Of a DNA stretch of 64,000 nucleotides, positions 13,145 to 25,432 are shown piece by piece. Within the stretch, counting starts at the first letter, position 1; the number at the start of each line of letters is the position of its first letter. The position numbers and the translations under genes were made by a program. The notes beneath the pieces were generated by a model that did no database searches, was not told where the DNA came from, and saw only the letters and a program-made list of their open reading frames with translations. Source of the DNA: Leucoraja ocellata (taxonomy: Eukaryota); contig JAWMAR010000460.1 in assembly GCA_036785375.1 (NCBI GenBank), positions 1,488,001 through 1,552,000 on the forward strand. Direction: 5' to 3'.

Positions 13145-13500
13145 ACACAAGGAACTGCAGATCTTGGAATCTTGATCAAAAAACAAAGTGTTGGAGCAAC
13201 TCAGTGGGCAGTATCTGAGTAGGAGTCGACGGACAATGGTTTGGGTCAAGAATCTTCTTCAGACCGATTAGATTAGGGGAAAGAAAGCTAAAAAGAGAGG
13301 TGGAAGTGAGACAAAACCTGAGAGATGATAGGTGGATACAGAAGTGGTAGGAGGGGTGATGATTGCAAATGAGTGGCTGATGGTTAGATTAAGTGACAAC
13401 GGCTAGAAGTGAAACAGGTGTCAGATAAAGAAATATAAGGAGGAGTGAAATGTAAGGGTGGAAGGAGGGATATGTGTGGAAGGGGCGAGTGGATATAAAA
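13145..13500 (-). mobile_element. Older Penelope-like element 3' region
   Basis: ggaactgcaga...cttcttcagac followed by a purine-rich tract; reverse complement of the architecture at 21630-22230. Confidence 0.65.
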
Positions 13501-14259
13501 TTTAAATTATATCTCCCAATCCCTACTTTTTATCTGCCTTCCTCAACACGAGTACATTTCTCTCACCATCTCCCACCATCTCGTCAAACTTTGCCTTACC
13601 TGCTCCATCGGTTCGGTCAGCTCCCATCCACGAGTCCCACATTTCTCCTTTATTGTCCACTTTTTCCTCTCGTCCCCAGAGCATGTTACCTTTTTCACAT
13701 TTGGGATTCTTCCACCCGACACTGACGATTCACCATCTGTAGGTCCTCCAAGTGCGCTGAACTCCAACCCAAAGGCACACACACACACAAAATTTGTAGC
13801 TGAGCCTCTGCCTGTGAATGGTGAATCCAGCAACGGTTTACCTTAATCTTCACTGGCTTCTTGCCCCTCTACCACATCGTGGCCAGGCTGCAGCGCAAAA
13901 GTGAAAGTCACAAGTGCAGAAAGGCAAAAAGAGATGGGATAAGAAGATATATGTCAACATCACATTCAGCTTGCAAAACAAAAGAAAAGAGGGAAGAGGT
14001 GGAAGTTAGCTGTACCAAGTCCGTTTTAGTTCGATAATTATTATAACCTAATTCTAGCTATGGACAGTGGTTGCTGCTGCAATTGTGACATTCTCTTTCT
14101 CCCGTTGGTTAGTTTATACAGATTGTGATCATGTGCCACCTTGTGCTACAAGAGAAAAGGAATTTGTTCATGAATATCCAGCATATATTTGATGTCCTCT
14201 TAGTTGGCAGTATGGATCAGATGTGAAATGTTATGTTGTGTGTGGTGCAATCTGGCATA

Positions 14260-15925
14260 TCTGTATAATTAAAAGTCTCACCTTGACTACTTCCTGTCTG
14301 CGCTGTATATTGATTTTAGAATAAACTGGACAAGTACTGCAAAACCTGGCGCCTAAAATCAAGCCCAGAAAAAACGGTCTCTTGTGTGTTCCACCTCCAT
14401 AATGCAGAAGCCACAAGAGAACCAAACATCTATCTGAGAAGGATAAAACTGAAGTATTCCCCCACTCCAACCTACCTCGGAGTGACCTTTGACAGGACCC
14501 TATCCTTCAAGGAACATCTCAAAAGAACAGCAGCTAAGGTGAAGTCCAGAAACAATCTCCTCAGTAAGCTTGCTGGCTCAAAGTGGGGGGGCAGCAGCCC
14601 CCACACTGCGCATTTCAGCACTAGCCCTTGCATTTTCTTCAGCCGAATATTGTGCCCCTGTTTGGTCCAGGTCATCCCACACACACCATGTGGACACTCA
14701 ACTGAACACAACAATGAGGATCATCACAGGAACAATCCGCTCAACACCACTCCCCTGGCTCCCTGTCCTATCCAACATAGCCCCTCCACACATCCGGCGA
14801 TGAGTCCTCACTCAAAGGATGCTCCAAAAGATCAAAAGCTCCCCTCACCTGCCAATTCACATGGACATCGTCAACCCACCCACTGCTCGACTTCCATCTA
14901 GACGACCAATTTGGAAGAACCCACCACCAGCTGATTTCATCATCCAATCAGCTTGGAAAAAGGGATGGGAGTCCAAGGACGTCCCAAATAAACATCTGTT
15001 GTCAGACCCCACCCTGGCACCAATCTCCCAAGGAAGCAGTGGACGACGCTGAATAGATTCAGGACTGGGCATTGCCCCTGCTTGGCCAGCCTTCACAAAT
15101 GGGCAGCAGTCCAACCCCACGGTGTGCTTGTGGAGAGTAGCAAACAATGCAACACATCATTGAAGCATGCCCTCAACAAAGACTCAAAGGAGGACCTTTC
15201 ACCCTTCATACAGCAGATCAAGAGGCAACTGCTTGGCTAAAGGACTTTGCATTCGCTAAATAAAAAAATAAATAAAACGCTACCCTGTATCGCTGTGATC
15301 TTTGGCCATCTTACTTACAGTCCTCCTCCGCCCTAGACAGCCTCGAGGATTTTTCCCATCGATGAAAAATAAAAAAATTATGAGTGTTTAAAAAACCTTG
15401 AGATCAGCTGATTGGTCCTCTCACCTGTCAATCACGGCAATTAAGGTAACGCCCCTTCCGAGGGGGGGGGGGGGCAGGGCTATAAACCCCAGATGCCTGG
15501 ACGTGAGTCAGTCACTCTGCAAGATCGCGAGGGAGAGGCCACAACTGTCATTCTAAGCTGTGAATCAACTGAACTGTGAGTCTGCAATGTACTTGCAATA
15601 AATGATTTGTTAGCCCTCAATGACAATGCCATGAGTTGTTTGGCCTGCTGCCCCACGTGTGCTTGAAAGTGCAATGCTTAGTTGGAAATGAAATGACAAT
15701 GCCATGAGTTGTTTGGCCTACTGCCCTGCCTGTGCTTAAAAGTGCAATGCTTAATTGGAAATGAAATGAAACCAAATGACAATGCCATGAGTTGTTTGGC
15801 CTACTGCCCTGCCTGTGCTTGAAAGTGCAATGCTTAATTGGAGATGAAATGAAATAAAATGACAATGCCATGAATTGTTTGGCCTGCTGCCCTGCCTGTG
15901 CTTGAAACTGCAATGCTTCATTAAG
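14260..15925 (+). mobile_element. Helitron-like element, 3' end missing, interrupted by a Vingi LINE
   Basis: A|TCTGTATAATTAAAAGTC 5' end; sequence resumes at 15276; TATA 15481 and Inr A 15510; ~73-84-bp repeats at 15618-15915. Confidence 0.75.
14326..15275 (+). mobile_element. Vingi/Ingi-clade LINE, 5'-truncated
   Basis: YLGVTFDRTLSFKEHL...RNNLLSKLAGSKWG; SAEYCAPVW; PLPWLPVLSNIAPPHIRR; C-terminal CxC...H...C knuckle; tail cattcgctaaataaa. Confidence 0.8.
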
Positions 15926-15931
15926 TCCGAC

Positions 15932-15977
15932 CGTGTGTGTGTTTGTGTGTGTGTGTGTATGTGTGTGTGTTTGTGTG
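15932..15977. repeat. (TG)n microsatellite
   Basis: Direct inspection. Confidence 0.95.
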
Positions 15978-16029
15978 GAAAGAGTGGTTTTGAGCCACAT
16001 GGGTACAATATGGCAAATGATAAGCAAAC

Positions 16030-16395
16030 ATTTCAGATGACACCACACGGTGGGATGGATCACAAACAATACAAGATGGAATACAGGAAGAAGATAGAAA
16101 ATTTAATAACATTGTGGAAGGACAATATACTTTCCCTCAATGGCAGCAAGATGATGGAGTTAGTTATTGACTTCAGAAAGCATGGTGCAGGGCATGCCCC
16201 ACTCATAAAATCATAAGTGATAGGAGTATTAGGCCCTTTGGCCCATCGGACTTACTTCACCATTCAATCATAGCTGATCTTTCTCTCATAACCCCATTCT
16301 CCTGCCTTGTCCCCATAACCTCTGACACCCGTACTAATCAAGAATTTTTCTAACTCTGCCTTAAATATATCCACTGACTTTGCCTCCCGATAACA
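16030..16395. mobile_element. Decayed Rex1-type RT fragment (+) followed by CR1-type 3' tail (-)
   Basis: EYRKKIENL...LSLN..KMMELVIDFRK; tcataagtgatagg...ccattcaatcatagctgatc. Confidence 0.6.
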
Positions 16396-16440
16396 ACTCA
16401 CACCAACCTTCTCCCTATAACCTCCATAATCAACATCAAT

Positions 16441-19400
16441 TAGCAATGCTACAAAATTTTGAGATTTTTAAATTCAAGTCTGCAATTTATCCCATCAGAT
16501 AAAGCATAAAAATAATTAATTTGACATCTAATTCACTTTCATATCTTCAGTATTAAAAAAGTTATGGGCATTTTCATACTCGGAAATTAGCATCTTCTTC
16601 CCTATTGCTTTTCCATTGACTTAATACAAAAGCTGTGATCGAGGACTGTCAAAGGCCCATAACTTTCTTAAAAATCAAGAGAACTGAATAAAATGTTCAG
16701 TTATTATAAATTGAAGCATTCTGAAACAAATATAAAACATCTTACTTGGATGACCTGAAATTAAAGCATATAATGACTTAATTACCTAATTGTAGTTAAT
16801 TACAAAATTGACCGTTGTGACGGAAATAGTAATAAACACCCAGACTGCCTTGAAAATTCAAAAATGTGATATTCTCAAGATCAGAACTTTAATATTATAT
16901 GCTGTAAGTCCATAAAAGATAGGTAAATAAATTACAATTTCTAGCAATAGACCATGACTTTATGGAGAAGATCAGTTGCTAGCTGGTACATTACCATATC
17001 ATAATCAGTAGCATTGTTATACTCCTCAGATTGTAACCAATAAGCAACTCTGTACACCTTGTTTTTCCTCAACTTTTCAATTTTGGCATTGTAAACTACA
17101 AGTTTTTGCTATTCAAACCATGCATGACATGCCTTTCTGGAACGGGAAAAATCCTCGGCACATATATGGCGGAGGGGGGCTCTGAGCAAGGTCGCCAAAA
17201 ATGACGGCCGTAAGTGGTGGCGTTATCTCGGAAATCGCAGCACAGATGGCCAAAACCGGTCAACATCAGGGGTATAAAGGTGGGGAAAGTCGTGTGGGGC
17301 TTTACGCCGATGACACATTACTATATCTCTCCGATCCAGAAGCCTCTGTTCTTCCCTTGTTAGATTTTATTAAATCATTTGGCAAGCTTTCTGGATACAC
17401 AGTCAACTGGAGTAAGAGTGAGTTCATGCCTTTATCAGACAATATAGATTCAGATTTTCTTGAGGCTCTACCATTTAAGATAGTATATGACCACTTTACA
17501 TATCTAGGACTCAAAATACCCCTAAACCCCAAACTTATATTCAAACTTAACTACACTGATATGATTACAAAGTTAAAACTGAACAGAGAGAAATGGAGGA
17601 TTTTACCCTTGTCTATAGTGGGGCGTATTAACGCTATCAAGATGGTGTCTCTTCCTAGATTCATATATTTATTCCAAAATCTTCTAATTTTTCTTACTTT
17701 ATCATTTTTTAAAAAATTGGATTCCATTATCCTTCCATTCATTTGGGGCTATAAAGCCCACCGTATATCAAAAGCACATTTTCAAAAGCCAAAATATGAG
17801 GGAGGCATGGGCCTTCCTATATTTAGGCACTACTATTGGGCAGCCAATGCTAGAGCTCTGATTTACTGACAATGGGGATTCCCAGATGAACCTTTGGATA
17901 ATAATAATAATACCCCTTCATGGCTAAACATTGAAAACACAGCAGTGAAAAATTCCTCCCTCTGTACTTTGCTTTTTTCCAAAACAGAATCCCCACATGT
18001 TGGTTGGTGAGAACTTCATTTTAAGAAATTCTATTCAAATTTTAAATCAGACAAGAAGTTTCAGTACATTGTCAAATGTCTCTATTTACACCCCCATATA
18101 TCACAACCACTCCTTTTTGCCATCACAGATGGATGGGGTGTTTGCTGTCTGGAGTGACAAGGGCCTTGCGACCCTCAGAGATCTATATATTGACAAAAAG
18201 TTTGCTTTGTTTAATCAGCTGAAATCAAAATTTAACCTTTCCAACTCTCATTTTTTTCGCTATCTCCAAATTAGGCACTACGTTAAAGTTCAAATTGCAA
18301 ATTTTCAAACCATGCCTGACAGTTGCCCACTCTATGAGCTTCTGCAGCTTCCTCCAGACTCCAAACATCTAATATCTCGCTTTGTGAGTCTATTCACCAC
18401 CTCTGTATCCACTACCCATCTGAAAGAAGCCTGGTCTACTGAGATGGAAGTCTACCGAATCTACCCTGCTATTTCTCCATTATGTGACAGATGCAAAAGT
18501 GCAGATGGTTCTTTAACACATATTTTCTGGCTCTGTCCTCATATACAAAGATACTGGTCTAAAATATTTAAGTGGTTTTCTGGGGTCTATGGAAAAGATA
18601 TTCTCCCTGATCCAGAACTGGCACTTTTTGGATGCTCAGAGACTGCTTCGTACTTCACGTCTGAAGAACAACAAGCACTGATGCTTCGTATGGTGGCAGC
18701 CAAGAAAATGATCCTAACAGACTGGAAATCATCTACACCCCCCTGTTTTGCAATGCATGACTGTGTAGCACCATGTGGATTGTACCAATACTGTTATGTC
18801 TGGCGGCTTGTATTTTTATTATTTTATTTATTTATTTATTTATTTTTCCTTCCTTTTTTTTCCTGTTGTCTTTTTCAGTTTTTATTTTTTTTTTGTTTGT
18901 TTTGTTCTGTATTGTTAAAAAATCGTATAAAATAATAAAAATATTAAAAACGAAAAATTAATGTAACTGAATGAAATTTTCAGTTATTATAGATTGAAGC
19001 ATTCTGAAACAAATATGAAACAATCTTACTTGGATGACCTGAAATTAAAGCTTATAATTAGTTAGTTACCTAATTGTAGCTAATTACAAAATTCAATTAC
19101 TAGATCTAAACATCTATCCATTTCTTAAGAAAAGGTTAACATTTTTTAATAGCCTAAGTGTCCAAATAATATTCACACAAGAATTCACAATATAACATGA
19201 TTTTTAAATCTCATTGTCATGAATTTATAGGCCAAATGGAAGGAATTTAGTGTTTAACTGCTGTAAATTAATGGACATTCAAATCATCTTGCGAGTAAGA
19301 TTTTGTGGAACTCGATCAATTGGAACATTGCGGTTTGCGGTGAATTTAAACCCTATATCGGCAGGAAAAACACTGCCGGTTCGTATATTTACATAATGAC

Positions 19401-19777
19401 ATTTTCGCCAATGACATTTTCTAATCCTAAGAAGCACGTTTATATGTAAAATAAACGACTTATCATATGTAATGTCCCGTACGTGAGATCCGTCCCGTTG
19501 TCGGCGTTGACGGCGTTAGAAGTAGATTTTTAATTTACTCTAGCGCTTAAATTGGCCCGCGGTTTAAAAAAAAAATTCCGAGAACGGCAGTCGGAATGAT
19601 TATTCAGCATCAGGTAGTAGCCTGAGGAAATTTATCTCAGACAGGCAGGAGAAAATGTCATTTTAATCCCGTCCCCCCCCCCCCCCCCCCCACACCCCCC
19701 TCAAAGGCGCCAAAGTTGCGCACACGGCCAGTGACAGAACTGCAACGCCGCTGAAGGTAAGTTTTGTAACATACCTA
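16441..19777. mobile_element. Composite putative non-autonomous DNA transposon with TAG...CTA imperfect TIRs, split by an L1
   Basis: TAGCAATGCTACAAAA vs reverse complement of right end TAGGTATGTTACAAAA (13/16); ~140-bp segment shared by ~16672-16810 and ~18955-19095. Confidence 0.55.
17262..18958 (+). mobile_element. L1-clade LINE (fish-type), 5'-truncated ORF2 plus 3' UTR
   Basis: LYADDTLLYL, SGYTVNWSKSE, YLGLKI, GRINAIKMVSLPR, GGMGLP; CDRC...HIFWLC knuckle; T-rich UTR and A-rich tail. Confidence 0.92.
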
Positions 19778-19779
19778 CT

Positions 19780-20050
19780 TTGACCCTCAGCGCCTGTGCC
19801 AACCAGAGATCCCCGCATATTAGCACTATACTACACACACTGGGGAATTTTATTTTACTTTTACCAAGCCAATTTACCCTGCAAGTCTTTGGAGTGTTGG
19901 AGGAAACTGAAGATCTCGGAGAAAACCCATGCAGTCACGTGGAGAACGTACAAACTCCGTACAGACACCACCCGTAGTCTGAATCCAACCCGGGTCTCTG
20001 GTGCTGCAAGTGCTGTAAGGCAGCAACTCTACCGCTGCGCCAGCGTGTCA
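19780..20050 (-). mobile_element. tRNA-derived SINE (HE1/V-SINE-like)
   Basis: Reverse complement of ggcgcagcggtagagttgctgccttacagc... head and gtttgtacgttctcc...gggttttctcc body. Confidence 0.85.
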
Positions 20051-21627
20051 TCTGTGCTGTACTCATGAAGTCCCTCAAGGAGCATCCTAATGAAAAAACT
20101 GAACCCCATTTCCAGACAATAAATTAATCTAATAGAAGCCAGGTATATCATCCCCACACAAGTTTTTAGAGCAACCAATTTAGCCCGTTCCACTGTCTGA
20201 ACGCTTCATTTCATCCAAATAGGGGGAAAATAACTGTAAAGAAGAAACTGGTGAAAAGGTAAAAAAAATACTGTAGAATATAAATTAAGTCTCTCATACA
20301 TTATAAAAGGTAAACTGTTATCTTCTGCCTGGTTCCAGGGCAAACAGTAGCTCTTATCTTTATTTATACAGCTGCACAACAATTACAGATGCTTTGCTAA
20401 GCATCTTTGAAGCCATCATATTTTGACACATTTGAATTATTATCAGTATGAAAAGGAGCATTTTTAATTAGAAAGCATTGATTTATTTTCAATATCATAC
20501 ACAAATAAATCTTAGCATGGGTTCACTGCATTTTTGTGGGCTGTATTCAGAAAGCCATTCAAATGCTGCCTCTGGGTCTTTCCATTCATTGTTATGAGGA
20601 AATTATTCCTAACGTTTGCTCAAAATGACAGTGGATTGGAATTTTTGATGCGCTGAGCAATAGCTGTCACCAGACAGAATATCCCATTCTTGCCGAAGAA
20701 TGTCAGCATTAACACAACTATTTTATACCAAAAAGCTTCACTAAAAGCTTCTATGCTTCACTGTGATTATGCTGTTTGCACATTGTATTGATTTGTCTTT
20801 AATAACAAATGCACAAAGTTATGAAGAGAAATTGGCTTTTATTTGGTATAATATAGTAAATACGTACAATTGTAAGATGCAAGGCAGCTTTGTTTGCTGC
20901 TTTCATTGAAACATACCAACTAATTTTTGGGGAAAATGGAAATAAACACACACACTAAAATTAAGTAATGGGCCATGACAATGGTAGTTAGTGAAATTGT
21001 AGATCTTTTCACTTCTATCCTCTTTAAAATATGTCTCAGTTGAACTGAAGCAAATACACCATTGCAAAATGCACTATCAAATGGCTTGCTTTAATTCAAC
21101 AGGGGCTCCTTTCCAGATAAGTGATCTGTGACTGCTGTTAAACTCTTATGATCCATGGCTGCTGGTTACCTTTTGTATCTTACTTTGGAAATTGTTGATG
21201 GTTCATGGAAACTATGGAGATCAGAGCCGCCCTCAACTGCGGGCAGTTCATCATCTAATACATATTCAAGAGGATTCTTCAATAGACTGGTGAGATTGTA
21301 GAGCTGCATCTACAACCTATTAAGTTTTGTACAGACCTAGTTCCTGTTGATTCACAGGGTGTATTGATCCAATCTAATAAAGCTATTAGTTCAGATTTAC
21401 CGCCTTCTTGCATATTATGAGGTTTTTTAACCATTTCATAGCATTTTCCGTTCATCTATTTGGTAGTGTACATATGATGATATTACATGTTGGTGATTCC
21501 ATGACTTGGCAAACACATGAAGATTTACAGACATGTATGGAGTCCCCTTATCTCCCCCTGACAGTTGTTCTCCAATGTTAGTAACTAGGATCCCTGGTAT
21601 TCCAAATCTAATCATTTGCCTTTCATT

Positions 21628-22232
21628 CACATTCCCATACTGACCTTCCAGTCTTGGGCCTCTGTTGCCAGAGTGAGGCCATCTGAAAAATTAAGGAATT
21701 GAACTTCATATTCCGTTTGGGTAGCTCACAACCTATTGGTATGAACATTGAATGCTCTAAGTTTATATAACATCGCCCACTTTTCTTCCCCCTCTCTGCC
21801 TAGTGCCTTTTCCCCCACCACAGTGAGCACCCACTATCCTGACCCCCCACCACCGCCACGCTCCCCCCCCCCATCCATCTACTTCTATCTATATTTCTCA
21901 CTCTGGCTACACATTTCGCTCGTCTTCTTTCCTTATCTAACACCCTTTTGTCTTCTTGCCTCCATTTTGTCTCCATTTATTCCCTTTTGTCTCCTTTACA
22001 TCTAAACTTTTTCTACCCATCTGTCAATCAAAACCCCTTCACCTGTATCCATCTATCACTTGCCAGTCTTTATCCCATCCCCACCCCTTTTACAACTTTC
22101 ACTCCACTACTACCATCAGTCAGATAAAGGGTCCCAACCCAAAACATCGCCTTTCCATGTCCTCCAGAGATGTTAGCTGACCTGCCGAGTTACTCCAGTT
22201 CTACACAAAATTCCAGCATCTGCAGTTCCAAG
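21628..22232 (+). mobile_element. Penelope-like element 3' part (decayed GIY-YIG C-terminus, pyrimidine tract, terminal module)
   Basis: cattcccatactgacct...catattccgtttgggtagc...atgaacattgaa similar to 24720-24868; terminal ccagcatctgcagttcc. Confidence 0.8.
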
Positions 22233-23069
22233 ATCTGCAGCCTCTGCCTCTTCAAAATCTTTACTGTCATGATCACATGCATCAAGTACAGCCATGTAAC
22301 TCACTAAGATCAGCACAGCCCCTGTTTGCAGCCTAGCCACAATGCTGTGTTGAAATAAAGGTACCTTTGCTTGGCAAAGGTCAATTTGCCAAATAAATGT
22401 CACAGTTTGAAAAGTTTTGTTAAAGCTTAGATCTCATCCACAGCCGATCAATGCAATCTCAAACTTCTGTACCAATTTGTGTTAAACAAGCACGCAACAA
22501 TCATTCTGCATGTAATACAGCTGGTGCCATAAGTTGTCTGAATGTCAGTTTTTTTTTGGATAGTTAATTCATCTCAAAAATCAATGTTATTTCCAACTTT
22601 TTTTTCTCTCCTGTTTTCATTAATTTTCTCCTATTCACATCTCTTCCAGACCGATCACTTGTGATTAACAAACCCACACAATTCCTTTTCTCCAGAGATG
22701 CTGCCTGATCAGCTGAGTTTCTCCTGCGTTTTGGGTCTATTTCCACACAATCTTCTCTCTGATGGTATTGTCACCTTATGGGCCATTCAGACTCTCCTGG
22801 TCGCCAGGCTATCAGAGGAATTTTATTTCCCACACCTGTTCCCTACTTTGGGAACTTCAAATGTGCTTATTTTTCAATTTTTTCTCAGTTCATTGATTCT
22901 GTTCACCCCTTCAAATATTCTGCCGAACCCACTGAATATTTCAGCATTCTATGTTAGTAAGTAAACATGTAGATTTTCGGACACGTTTGATCATGATGCT
23001 GGTGAAACCTGCTGATTAATAGCTCACAGTTGCTTATGAACTGGATCATTTGCAGCTTGATGATTAAAA

Positions 23070-23278
23070 TGGAAATGCAGATGCTGGAATATTGACCACA
23101 ACACAAAGAACTGGAGTAACTCACCGAATCACGCAGTTAGGTGATGTTTAGCGTCGCAATCCTTCTTCAGACACCTTCTTCAGTTTGAAGAAGGATCTCA
23201 ACTCAAAACATCACCCATCCATGTCCTCCATAGATGCTGCCTGACCTACTCAGTGCTCCAGCATTTTGTGTTTTGCCC
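23070..23278. mobile_element. Inverted (head-to-head) pair of PLE terminal modules
   Basis: ccttcttcagac ... tttgaagaagg at the centre; arms are mutually reverse-complementary. Confidence 0.7.
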
Positions 23279-23514
23279 AATTAAACTGTTCTCAATGAGC
23301 TTTTGCAACCAGAAGTGTTTCACTGTGATCAGTTTCTTAGTTTGTGTGAACCTTCACAGGTACAATATCTGGGAGATACATTATTTAATGACTTGAAAAC
23401 AATTGCTTTGAATGCTCAATGATCTGTTTCAACATTTACCAGCTCCTGTTCATAAGTATACAATTCAAGCTTGTCCCTGGCAAACACAATTACCGAGAGT
23501 TCTGACAAAGTGTC

Positions 23515-23935
23515 TTTAACAGTGCAGAGAAGATTCATGAGAATATTGCCAGGATTTGAGAGCCTATGCTATAGGCAGGCTAGGACTTTATTCCTTAGAG
23601 CACAGGGGGCTGAGGGCGTGAATATATAGAGGTGCATAAAATCATGAGTGGGATAGTATTTTACCCAAAGCAGGGAATCAAGAACCAGGGGACATAGATA
23701 TGTTGAGAATGGAAAGATTTAATAGGAACCTGAGGGGCAACTTATTCACGCAAGGGTGGTGGGTGTATGGAATGAGCTAACAAAAGGATGCGGTTGAGGC
23801 AGTTACATGGACAGGTACATGGAAGGCTTTAGAGGGATATGGGCCAAATGCTGACAGGTGGACCAGTGTAGAGGAGCATCTTGGTCGGCATGGGCAAGTT
23901 GGGATGAAGGACCTGTTTCCATGCTGTAAAGCCCC
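23515..23935 (+). mobile_element. Old CR1-type LINE 3' end
   Basis: gtgcagagaagattca...aggaacctgaggggcaac...ggcatgggcaagttggg. Confidence 0.7.
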
Positions 23936-23945
23936 TATCCCACAG

Positions 23946-24369
23946 GAGACGGGGAGAAAAGATGAGGTACGAAGGTAAGCTAGCCAAGAATATAAAGCAG
24001 AATAGTAAAAGCTTCTTTAGGTATGTGAAGAGGAAAAAAATAGTTAAGACCAAAGTTGGACACTTGAAGACTGAAAAAGGTGAATTTATTATGAAGGAAA
24101 TGGCAGATGAGTTGAACAGGTACTTTGCCTCTGTTTTCACTAAGGAGGACACAAACAATCTTCCTGATATAGTAGTGGCCAGAGGATCTGGGGTGACAGA
24201 GGAACTGAAGGAAATCCACATTAGGCAGGAAATGGTGTTGGATAGACTGATGGGACTGAAGGCTGATAAATCCCAGGGGACTGATGGTCTGCATCCCAGG
24301 GTACTTAAGGAAGTGGCTCTGGAAATCGTGGATGCATTGGTGATAAGTTTCCAATGTTCTATAGACTCA
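23946..24369 (+). mobile_element. CR1 ORF2 fragment (pre-RT region)
   Basis: LAKNIKQNSKSFFRYV...YFASVFT...DGLHPRVLKE. Confidence 0.9.
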
Positions 24370-25072
24370 GTGTTTAAGAAGGAACTGCAGATGCTGGAAA
24401 ATCGAAGGTACACAAAAATGCTGGAGAATCTCAGCAGGTGCAGCAGCATCTATGGAGCGAAGGAAATAGGCAACGTTTCGAGCCGAAACCCTTCTTCAAT
24501 TCAATGTTCATGCCCCCAGCACCTAATATTCTGCTTGAGGAGTCTGTATCCTGGGGACATGAACATTGAATTCTCCCAATTTTGTTAGCCCTTGCTGTCT
24601 CCTCCCCTTCCTCAGCCCTCGGGATCCTCCTCCTCCTTTTTACTTTCTTCTCCCCACTCCCCCCTCCCACCAACCCTCCCCCCCCCCCCCCCCCCCCCCC
24701 CCCATCTCCTCCCCCCATCACTCCCATTCCCAATCTGACCTCTCTGTCCTGGGTCTCCTCCATTGCCAGAGTGAGCAACACCGGAAATTGGAGGAACAGC
24801 ACCTCATATTCCGTCTGGGTTGCTTGCGTTCGGATGGCATGAACGTTGAATTCTCCCAGTTTTACTAGCCCTTGCTGTCTCCTCCCCTTCCTTAACCCTC
24901 GAGCTGTCTTCTCCCATCCCCCCGCCCTTGGGCTCCTCCTCCTCCCTTTTTCCTTCCTTCTCCCCCCCACCCCCCATCAGTCTGAAGAAGGGTTTCGGCC
25001 CGAATCGTCGCCTATTTCCTTCGCTCCATAGATGCTGCTGCACCCGCTGAGTTTCTCCAGCATTTTTGTGTA
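24370..25072 (+). mobile_element. Penelope-like element with an inverted terminal module and GIY-YIG C-terminus
   Basis: SDLSVLGLLHCQSEQHRKLEEQHLIFRLGCLRSDGMNVEF* (ends 24868); terminal module on - at 24370-24498 and on + at 24976-25072. Confidence 0.88.
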
Positions 25073-25074
25073 GC

Positions 25075-25432
25075 TATAGAAACATAGAAATTCTGCAATA
25101 TGATCATGGCTGATCATCCAACTCAGTTTCTTGTACTTGCCTTCTCTCCATACCCCCTGACCCCTTTAGCCACAAGGGCCACATCTAACTCCATCTTAAA
25201 TATAGCCAATGAACTTGCCTCAACTACCTTCTGTGGCAGAGAATTCCAGAGATTCACCACTCTCTGTGTGAAAAATGTTTTTCTCATCTCGGTCCTAAAA
25301 GATTTCCCCCTTATCCTTAAACTTTGACCCTTTGTTCTGGACTTCCCCAACATCGGGAACAACCTTCCTGCATCTAGCCTGTCCAAACACTTAAGAATTT
25401 TGTAAGTTTCTATAAGTTCCCCCTCAATCTTC
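25075..25432 (-). mobile_element. CR1 LINE 3' end
   Basis: ORF 25123-25491 FFTQRVVNLWNSLP; atagaaac tail. Confidence 0.92.

Noticed and set aside
13842-13887. Minus-strand exon with good splice signals
   Set aside because: Stop codons in all three frames; no supporting context
17201-18935. Host protein-coding gene (222 and 312 aa ORFs)
   Set aside because: L1 ORF2 remnants with a stop, frameshift and deletion
20500-20780. Possible conserved non-coding element (also ~6300-6400 and ~47050-47350)
   Set aside because: Impression only; cannot be supported without alignments
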